Shown in pieces: positions 9,251 to 18,200 of a stretch of DNA of 45,154 nucleotides. The position numbers and the translations under genes are program-made. The DNA is from Candidatus Vogelbacteria bacterium. GTDB taxonomy: Bacteria > Patescibacteriota > Minisyncoccia > Phycocordibacterales > UBA12445. The stretch lies in NCBI GenBank assembly GCA_016201465.1, contig JACQCV010000022.1:1-45154 (forward strand), in the 5' to 3' direction. Numbering within the stretch: the stretch's first letter is position 1; the number at the start of each line of letters is the position of its first letter. Below the pieces are notes generated by a model. That model did no database searches. It was not told the DNA's origin and saw nothing but the letters and a program-made list of their open reading frames with translations.

Positions 9251-9972
9251 GGTTTCGTCATTCTTTCTTTTTTTTAATTTTATTTCTTATCTCTCTTTTT
9301 CCAAATTATATTTTGGCACAAGGTGAGTTTTCCATAAGGCCTTACCCACCCCAGGAGACCTCTTGGTTGGTATATAAAAATGTCGGTCCCGGTAGTGTTA
9401 TCTCTGGTTCTGTAGAGATTCTTAATTTATCTGATACGATTCATAAAAAAGTTGTTGATTTTGTCATTAATGTGCCCAAAAATGTTACTCCAAAAGAATA
9501 TCTTGGATCAATACTTGCTAAAACAATAAATGATAATAGTGTTGAGAATGGTGGTTCTGGAGAAAACATTGTTGTGCGTATGGGTCTTAGGCTATATCTA
9601 ACAGTTGCCCAAAACGGAAATGTGTTATTGCAATCTTCGTCTGTCCCCAGCATGAATGTGGCGGATGATAGGACTGTAGTAGGCCCTATTAAAAAACCAA
9701 ATGTTACGTTAAGTAGTAAACCTGTTCATCATAAGGTAGCTGAATTAGAAAAGGTGAACAATTATAGAAGTGAGGTATCTTTTAACTACAAAACTTTAGC
9801 TACCACGACAGAAGATTTTTTAACAGTACGTGAACCCAGAGATTCTTATGGGATAGCAACAGTTTTTAATTTTGCGGCCAATTATAAAATTAACGGGAGT
9901 TTGTCTAACTTGTTGTTACTGTTGGGTATACTTACAGCCCTTCTCCTCTTTTTGGTTTTGGTATTAATCTAG
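9247..9972 (+). CDS. DUF916-like cell-surface protein (signal peptide plus C-terminal TM anchor)
   Basis: N-terminal signal FFFLILFLISLFPNYILA. FSIRPYPPQETSWLVYKNVGPGSVISGSVEILNLSD fits the 'yF-l-v-pG...v-v-N' pattern. C-terminal TM LLLLLGILTALLLFLVLVLI. It overlaps the upstream stop by 4 nt. Confidence 0.45.
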   Translation: MRFRHSFFFLILFLISLFPNYILAQGEFSIRPYPPQETSWLVYKNVGPGSVISGSVEILNLSDTIHKKVVDFVINVPKNVTPKEYLGSILAKTINDNSVENGGSGENIVVRMGLRLYLTVAQNGNVLLQSSSVPSMNVADDRTVVGPIKKPNVTLSSKPVHHKVAELEKVNNYRSEVSFNYKTLATTTEDFLTVREPRDSYGIATVFNFAANYKINGSLSNLLLLLGILTALLLFLVLVLI

Positions 9973-10116
9973 GTTATCAACATATCTATTCACGCCCCTC
10001 ATTTTTTACATGATATAATTCTACCAGATAGTCAACTTGGGAATTTGTTGGCACGGTCGATATCATAAAATATAATTCCCAATAAAAATTCAAAATAAAT
10101 TTTATATCATATCGAT

Positions 10117-10977
10117 ATGACAAAAAAACAATTATTAATGGAGGCAGTTGCTGGTACTTCAATCATAGCGACCACAATTTTGCCTTTCGTGGCCTTTGCT
10201 TCCAGTAACGTTACTGAAAGCTTGACGTTCACAGGGGGAAGCTTGTCCTTGTCTGCTCCTTCTACGGTCACTCTTGACGGTCTAAATGTTAGTACCGGTA
10301 CTCAGACCACCCAAGGTACAGGAGCCTATACTGTTACCGATACGCTCGGTGACGCTGTTGGTTACAACGTTACCGCAGTGGGAACAGCTTTAACGCGTCT
10401 TAAAACCGGATTAATGGGCATAAATAGCGATGGAAACACCCATGTTCAGGCTGGGGATGTGGCTCTTAATGACAACATGACTGCCTATTCTTACAATTGT
10501 GCAGGCGTGGGCAACGTGGGCATTCCTGCTGGTACTAACGAAGGTGGAAGCAGGTTTAAGATCACATTTACAACTGGTGGGGCAAGGGGTACTGCCGCCT
10601 TCAGTATTTTAAGGCCAGATGGTACTACCGCTACTAATCAAGTTACCGCCGCAACTAATGCAATTGGAGCTGGATTAACACTAAAGTTTGCTGCTGTTGA
10701 TTTTACAAATGGTGCAACAATCGCCATCCCAGTAAGTTGTGCTGCGCAAGCTGTTCAGCAAACACAAACACCAGATACTCTTGCTGCCTCAAGCGGAGTG
10801 TTGACAGGTGTGTCTCTTGGTGATGGTGGTACTGCAGATTCTTCTAAAACATTCTTTTCTGCAGAGGCAGGTGCGGGCAATGGGCAATATACATTTAACA
10901 TTGCCCACTCTGCAAGCGTTAGGAAGAATACCCTGGCTGGAGAACACCGAGGAACATTTGTAGTAACCGCTGCATAA
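10117..10977 (+). CDS. Secreted WxL-like surface protein, paralogue of 8309..9250
   Basis: Has a signal peptide. Shared blocks include VTDTLGDAVGYNVTAVGTALT, FKITFTTGGARGTAAF (against VVEIQTGGTVGTATF) and the C-terminal NTLAGEHRGTFVVT (against NTLRGTFNGTIVLT). Confidence 0.5.
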   Translation: MTKKQLLMEAVAGTSIIATTILPFVAFASSNVTESLTFTGGSLSLSAPSTVTLDGLNVSTGTQTTQGTGAYTVTDTLGDAVGYNVTAVGTALTRLKTGLMGINSDGNTHVQAGDVALNDNMTAYSYNCAGVGNVGIPAGTNEGGSRFKITFTTGGARGTAAFSILRPDGTTATNQVTAATNAIGAGLTLKFAAVDFTNGATIAIPVSCAAQAVQQTQTPDTLAASSGVLTGVSLGDGGTADSSKTFFSAEAGAGNGQYTFNIAHSASVRKNTLAGEHRGTFVVTAA

Positions 10978-11004
10978 GATATAAAGAATTTAACGTATCA
11001 AAGC

Positions 11005-11040
11005 CTCCCCAATGTTATTTTTTTGGGGGGTTTTGCTTTT
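11005..11040 (+). terminator. Rho-independent terminator
   Basis: ccccaa at 11007-11012 pairs with ttgggg at 11023-11028, followed by a T-run. Confidence 0.6.
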
Positions 11041-11096
11041 ATAATAGTAAATGATAAAATTACGCAAAGATATTATTAAATTTTGTTAATCCTATA

Positions 11097-12095
11097 ATGA
11101 AAATATTCAGCTATTATAAGGCCTACCTCTTATTAATAATTTTAATGTTTACTACTATTAATATCGCTTTTGCAGCTAAATCTGGCGGCATAGGTATTGG
11201 GCCATACCAAAATGATGTTAATGATAAAAGGGCGTGGCTTGTCTATGATAATATTAAGCCTGGACAGGAAATTAAAGACAAGGTTGTCATTTCTAATGAT
11301 ATGGATGAGGCAGTAACATTACTGGTTTATCCCGTCGATGCACATATAATAGAAGATGGAGGGTATGCTCCTGATCAAGATGATGTTGCTCCCATTGATG
11401 TGGGTGCGTGGACTGAAGTTTTGCAGAAGGAAGTATCGTTGGCTCCCGGCGAAAAAAAGATTGTCAATTTTATTATAAAGGTTCCAAAGGTTGTTGGTGT
11501 TGGTGACCATGCTGGTACCATATTGATTAGAAGGATGGTTCCAACAAAAGTTCTAGATAAGGATCAAACAACTGGGGAAATGGTTGAAAATGGTATGTCA
11601 GTTATTACAAGGGTGGGGACTAGGATATATCTGAATGTGGCTGGTAAAAAGTTGCCCAGCCTCTCTTTTGATAGACTAGCTTTTGAGAAAAATGCAAAAG
11701 GAGAACCTTCTTTCTATTTTTCTATTTCAAATAATGGCAACATAAGACTTGATCCAAGTGCAAATGTGGAAATCTATAGTGCCGATGGGCTGAAATTAAT
11801 GCAAACTTTTGATGTAAATTTGAAAGAGGTTTTACCTGGCGATAAAACTAAGATAGAGATTAAATGGGAAAAACCTTTGGACGGTGCATTTATTGTTAAG
11901 GCCAAGATTTCTGATCCTAATGATGCTGCCAAGTTCCTTAACCAGGAGACAAAATTTGAGTGGAAGGTTTCCGGTATCAATGGTGCTGAGGTTATTGCTG
12001 GCGTACCAATAACGAATTTAGTAATACTCGGTGGTATAATTGTTTTATTACTTTTTATGGTTGTAATTAAACTCTTGGTCAGAAGGATTTATTGA
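11097..12095 (+). CDS. DUF916/DUF3324-like cell-surface protein (signal peptide plus C-terminal TM anchor)
   Basis: Motifs WLVYDNIKPGQEIKDKVVISNDMDEAVTLLVYPVDAH, WTEVLQKEVSLAPGEKKIVNFIIKVPKVVGVGDHAGTILI and GTRIYLNV. C-terminal TM plus basic tail LVILGGIIVLLLFMVVIKLLVRRIY. Confidence 0.55.
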   Translation: MKIFSYYKAYLLLIILMFTTINIAFAAKSGGIGIGPYQNDVNDKRAWLVYDNIKPGQEIKDKVVISNDMDEAVTLLVYPVDAHIIEDGGYAPDQDDVAPIDVGAWTEVLQKEVSLAPGEKKIVNFIIKVPKVVGVGDHAGTILIRRMVPTKVLDKDQTTGEMVENGMSVITRVGTRIYLNVAGKKLPSLSFDRLAFEKNAKGEPSFYFSISNNGNIRLDPSANVEIYSADGLKLMQTFDVNLKEVLPGDKTKIEIKWEKPLDGAFIVKAKISDPNDAAKFLNQETKFEWKVSGINGAEVIAGVPITNLVILGGIIVLLLFMVVIKLLVRRIY

Positions 12096-12295
12096 TAAAA
12101 TATAAAACTCTCGATTAAAGTCGATGGCTTTTATATCTCCACATTTTATCCACATTCTATAGCGAGTTATTATTGACCTAATGTTACAATGTGGGTGTGT
12201 GATTTTATGTTCTAATATTTTCGCACGCTTTCAGTAAGAAATTGTTAATAGTTTGGAAGATTAACAAAAAATAAATTAAATAAAAAGGGCCTTTT

Positions 12296-15200
12296 ATGAC
12301 CCCGTATTATTTGAACAGAAAAGAGGGCGGCAGAATTGTAACTCTTTTTTCTCGGCTACTGATCTTGGTCGGTATTTTTCTCTTACCCATAGATATTATT
12401 TTTGCTTCGTCTGGTGTCCCTAAAATCTTGTCCCATCAAGGTAGGCTGCTTGATTCCAGTGCAAACCTTCTCGGAGGCAGCGGTACAAACTATTGTTTTC
12501 GTTTTTCCATATATGACGCCGTTTCCAATGGTAATAAATTGTGGCCAGGTGGTACTCCATCTAATATGACTGTTCTGGTAAAGAATGGTATTTATAATGT
12601 TGATATTGGTGATACAAATGTGGGTGGCGATTCCTTGAGCCTGGATTTCAATGATGATTCTTATTATTTGAATATTGCGATAGCTAACTCATCGAACGGA
12701 TCTTGTGCGGGCGTGACATCGTTCGAGACACTTTCTCCGCGTAAGCATATTACGTCTTCGGGCTATGCAATAAATTCCGGATTGTTAAATGGTCAAGCGG
12801 CAAGTTACTATCTAGACGCGAATAATTTAAATAACTTTGGTCAGTTATTCAATAGCCTGCTTAGTGGAACAACTACACTTCCAAATCTTGTTTCTTTGCC
12901 TAATCTAACTTCTATCGGTACTCTTTCCTCTCTGGCGGTGTCTGGTACCATTACTCTTGGTGGTCACCCTTTGACTTTCCCATCCGGCAGCGGTTCAAAT
13001 GGTGATATGTTAACTACAAACGGTAATGGAAGTCTCTCGTGGACATCATTATTGAATGTATCACATGGAGGAACTGGTTTGGCTTCTTACTCTACAGGTG
13101 ACATACTATATGCGTCAGATGATTCTACTTTGGCTGCGCTTCACAAAGGAGGCGAGGGTTCTGTTCTTAAAATTTTAGGTGGTGTCCCTGTCTGGGGTGT
13201 TGATCTTACTTCTGGTGAAGGTGGCGGATCAAGTTCCTGGGCTACCACAACAGATAATTTGTCCATAATTGAAAATGACCCAACACAGGTCGTTGTAGTT
13301 GGATCAACCGCGACCTCTTCTACTGGCTATATTTTTGAGGTGTCTGGTGCGGGCATAAATGGCAAACGAGCCCTCATTCCTTATGCCTCTACTACTATGG
13401 TTACGGCAACAACGGCTTCTACCACCGAATTAATAGTTAGTAAAATACTCACATTACCAAACAACTCAATCTCTGATTCCGCCCTATCTTCTAATGTAGC
13501 TTTACTTAATGGAGGACAAACATTTACAACTCTCACTGGCTCAGGCGCTTTAACGATAACAGGTCTTTCGTCACTAAACGGAGGAGCCTCAACAACGAAC
13601 ATCTCCGCCTCTGGGACAATGTGGACAGGTGGATTATCAACAACGACTGGTGGTGTTATTAACACTCAAACTAAGTACCAGATTGCAGGGGTTGATATCT
13701 TAACTTCTAATACCCTAGGTTCGGGTATTGTAACTTCATCTTTAACCACAGTGGGCGCTCTCACTTCTGGTTCGATTGCTTCTAGTTTCGGATCAATCAA
13801 TATCGGTTCAAATGCTATTACGGCGGGGGCAGGAACTTTCACGTCTGTTACAGATAGCGGCTTAACTTCTGGAAGGATTCCATTTGCTACGGCGGGGGGC
13901 CAACTTACCGACAACTCGAGGTTGGCATGGAATAATTCGACCAATGTTCTTACTGTCAATGGAGTTCTTGCAATATCCGGAATGACTACTGGCTCTATTC
14001 CTTTCGCTACGGCAGGTGGTGCAATTGGACAGAACAATTCAAACTTTTTCTGGGATAATACAAATTCTCGTTTGGGTCTCGGAACAACATCTCCCTCACA
14101 AAGACTTTCTGTGGCCGGGAATGCACTTTTGTCTGGAGACTTAACTCTAGCTAATCTTACTGCCACCGGCACGATTACTGCCCCAAATTTTTCTGGAGCA
14201 TTGACGGGAAATGTTTCTGGCTCCGCTGCTACTGTAACTGGGGCCTCACAGTTTGCTATTACTACTTTGGCAAACTTATCAACGGTTGGTACTCTTACTT
14301 CAGGTTCGATTGGTTCGGGTTTTGGGCCTATCAATATCGGTTCATCAAGCCCTCTAACTGCTGGTATTGGGACATTTTCATCTGTTACTGTTAATGGCAC
14401 TCTTGCTGGCAACAGTTTGTCTATGCCTACTACCGAAAATATTGCCGGGGTAATTTCGACTGGATCCAACCAGTCACTGTCGTCACTGAATGGTGCTATA
14501 TATTGGGGGAAAAACAAATTGTCTTCAGATATATTCGATGAAACCAACTATAATTTTGGTGAAATATGGCAGAGTAGTAACTCTAATAGAGATTGGCAGG
14601 CAATGGCCCTGTCATCTAATGGTCAATATCAGACGGCTGTAGTAAATGGAGGACAAATTTATACTTCGTCAAACTCTGGTTCAACGTGGACAGCAAGGGA
14701 CTCCAATAGAATTTGGACATCGGTCACTGTATCTGCAAGTGGTCAATATCAAACCGCGGTCGCTATTACTGACCAAATTTATACATCATCAGATTATGGT
14801 GTCACCTGGACGGCTAGGGATTCTGATAGAAATTGGCAGGCTGTGGCCATGTCTTCGGATGGGTCAAGACAGACGGCGGTTGAATCTGGCGGACAAATTT
14901 ACGTATCTACAAATTATGGAGCCACCTGGACGGCTAATTTTAGCGCTCCTACAGTGGCTAACTGGCAGGCTGTGGCCATGTCAGCAAATGGTTTTTACCA
15001 GACTGCATTGGTAAGTAATGGGCAAATCTACACTTCCTTTAACTACGGAGTCACGTGGACGGCAAGGGACTCAGGTAGAAATTGGTCTTCTGTTGCAATG
15101 TCCTCAACCGGACAATATCAGACAGCCGCTGTCTTCGGGGGGTCAATTTATATGTCGACAAACTATGGGATAAATTGGTATGCAAATACTACAGCACCTT

Positions 15201-18200
15201 CAAGTGGTAATTGGGTGTCTGTGGCTGTGTCTGGTAACGGTTCTAATCAGTGGGCACTTCAAAGTGGAGGAGTACCATATGTGACCATTGATAGAAGTCA
15301 TTGGACAAAGCCATTTTTAAGTGAACCGAATAGAAATTGGATTGCAGTGGCTATATCTCCGGATATTACTGGTTCAAAAGTAAGTGCGGCGGTAAATGGT
15401 GGTCAGGTTTTTCTATCCTCATGGGTGGGTACGATGTATTCTCCACCAACTTCCAACGATCCTGGTCGTTACTGGACATCGGTAGCAATGTCTGCTGATG
15501 GTTCTAGACAAATAGCAGTCGAATTTGGTGGCAATGTGTATACTTCTTCTGATTTTGCAAATTCGTGGATATCTAGAGGAAATTATAACGCATGGAAAGC
15601 CGTAGCAATGTCTGCTGATGGTTCGAGACAAATGGCGGTAACTAATAATGGCGGTGGTACTGGATACATATATACCTCTTTGGATTATGGTGTGAACTGG
15701 ACACAAAGAAATTCAAATAGAAACTGGGCATCCTCTGTTGCTATATCAGCAGACGGATCAAGACAGACGGCGGCCGTATTTGGAGGTCAAATTTATACAT
15801 CATCAGATTATGGTGTCACCTGGACGGCTAGGGATTCTGATAGAAATTGGCAGGCTGTGGCCATGTCTTCGGATGGGTCAAGACAGACGGCGGTTGAATC
15901 TGGCGGACAAATCTATACATCTTCAGATTACGGCGTGACGTGGACAGCGAGAGATTCTAGTCGTTCGTGGAACACAGTCGCAATGTCTTCGGATGGATCA
16001 AGGCAAACGGCCCTAGCAAATAGCGGACAAATCTATACATCTTCAGATTACGGCGTGACGTGGACAGCGAGGGGTCTCTCTGGTCCTTGGCAATTTGTAG
16101 CAATGTCTGCGGACGGCTTGAGACAGGCGGCAATACAAAATAATGGCAATACAAGTATTGGTGCGCTATATATTTCCAAGGATTATGGCACAACCTGGTC
16201 ACTAAGTGATTCAACTCACAAATGGAGTTTTGTCGCGATATCTGCTGATGGTTCGAGAATGACGGCTGGCGAGTTTAATAATGGACGCCTATATACCTCT
16301 CTTGCCGAAAAGAAGGTATTTACTGGCAGTATCATTAGAACTAGTACCATGACCAGCGCGTCTAGTGTACAAATTCAAGATAGCGGCGGTCATACTTTAC
16401 TACAGGCCACCGGAGATGGTAGAACACAATTTGTAGTAAAGCCAGGGGTTCCTGATGCATTTCAGCTGTTAACAAACTTCCAGAATAAGGTGATTCCAGT
16501 CTTTACAATTGGTACCACCGTTTCAGGCTCGACTATTAAGGGTAGAGCTGTGAGTAACCTCAGTGGTATGTCATTTGGAAATGATGCAATTGGTTACGAT
16601 GACTATTTGGACGGTGTACACGCCTCTACGACTGTTGGTGGTATAAATTATACTGCGTCATCAGGTGGTATTGCTGGTAATAATATTCATGTTGCAATTG
16701 TTGAGCCAGGTAGTGATGGTCAGTTGTCTGTTGGCAGGGACGGTTTAAACGTTACTGTCATTTTAGCAAAAGATAGTGGTGCTGTATCATCTACAATTGC
16801 TGATGTGGTAAGCGCCGTTAATGGAGACGATTCGGCAAGTGCAGTTATGTCTGCTATCGCAACCGGAGACGATTCAGTTATAGCTTCTGCTATCGCAACC
16901 TCAACTCTTTCTGGAGGAGAGACTGATGCCACTTTCAGCGGATTTTTGACTGTTGCCAAGACCAGCACTTTCACCGGCCTTGCCTCGTTTGTTGGAGGCG
17001 CCTCAACTACTAACTTGACAGTGGCATCAAATTCTACCTTAACTGGTAATGTTGGGGTTGGTGGAGATTTACACGTGGGATCTGTAAGAAATAATAGTTT
17101 TGAAACTGGCACGTTTTCTGGCTGGTCTGTTCTTTCTGGAAATGCATTTAGCCACCCAGTTGCGGGAACTTGTGCTAATCAAAATGCAGTTAGTGGTTAT
17201 GATGGTAAATATCTAATTAACTCTTATTGCGATGTTGATGGGAATGGTAACGATACGCTCACTGGAGTCATAAGATCCGACACCTTCGTTTTAACAGGTC
17301 CGAAGGTTAAATATCTTATTGGGGGAGGTAATGATATTACAAATTTAAAAGTTGAAATAGTTCGAGCGTCGGATGATGAGGTTATAAATGCCGATACTCA
17401 TACAGAAGGAGGTAGTGAACATTTAGATTCACATACCATTGATCTTTCCCCGTATGTAAATAATAGGGTTTATATAAAAATAACAGATAATGATCAGGGT
17501 GGTTGGGGCCACATCTTATTCGATGATTTTAGGCAGTTGGACAGTAATAATAATGTCATAGATAATGTTGGTCCAGTGTTTTCTGTTGGCAACCTCGGGC
17601 TCTATCTTGACAGTAGTAATAATTTTTCTATCGGTACAAGCACATTGTTTGCCTCTTCTAACGGCAATCTGGGTATAGGCACGACTACTCCTTCTAACAA
17701 ACTTGTTATGTCTGGAGGTAATTTCTTACAGGTGGCGAGTGGTAATCTGACCAGAAAGGGTTTTATAAGTTACGGTGCTGGTAATAGTGTTTACGTCAGC
17801 GGAAAATATGCATACATTGCTAATGGGGGAGATGATAGAGTTGTAGATATTTCAGATCCGACAAATCCGGTTGAGGTTACATCAGTGGGAGCTGGTGGTA
17901 ATGCTGCGGGGGTCTTTGTCGCCGGGAAGTATATGTATGTTGCTAACGGCGGTGGAGGTAATGGTGGTCTTGTTGTTTACGACGTCTCTGACTTATCAGT
18001 TGCACCAATACCTAAGATTAGTAATTTGCTTGATTTTGCTCAAAATGCAGAAAATGTTTTTGTGGCTGGTAAATATGCGTACGTAGCTTCGGGCCCAGGG
18101 CTTTCCATTATGGATGTCTCTGACCCATACAATTTAAAAGAGGTTTCTGGTACTGGTTTTGACTGTGGAGCCGCATCTCGCAAAGGTGTTTATGTTGACG

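Larger units (their letters stand above)
14590..16310 (+). other. Domain: 14 tandem ~40-aa BNR/Asp-box blades (enough for two 7-bladed beta-propellers)
   Basis: Repeats of the form NWQAVAMSSDGSRQTAVESGGQIYTSSDYGVTWTARDS. SSDYGVTW matches the Asp-box S-x-D-x-G-x-T-W exactly. I counted 14 W-x-x-VA-x-S units by eye. Confidence 0.8.

Noticed and set aside
13381-14547. Long minus-strand ORFs (13381..13665, 13666..14547) and others inside the giant gene (15419.., 15957.., 16720.., 18285.., 18568.., 19435..)
   Set aside because: They are antisense to a continuous 7.6-kb ORF with clear domain signatures. The Gly/Thr/Ser-rich repeat codons leave the opposite strand stop-poor. No independent start signals or motifs are present.
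14560-16310. Regularly spaced ~120-nt repeats that might be mistaken for a CRISPR or tandem-repeat array
   Set aside because: They are in-frame coding repeats (Asp-box propeller blades) of variable sequence, not identical short repeats with unique spacers. I saw no CRISPR array anywhere in the window.
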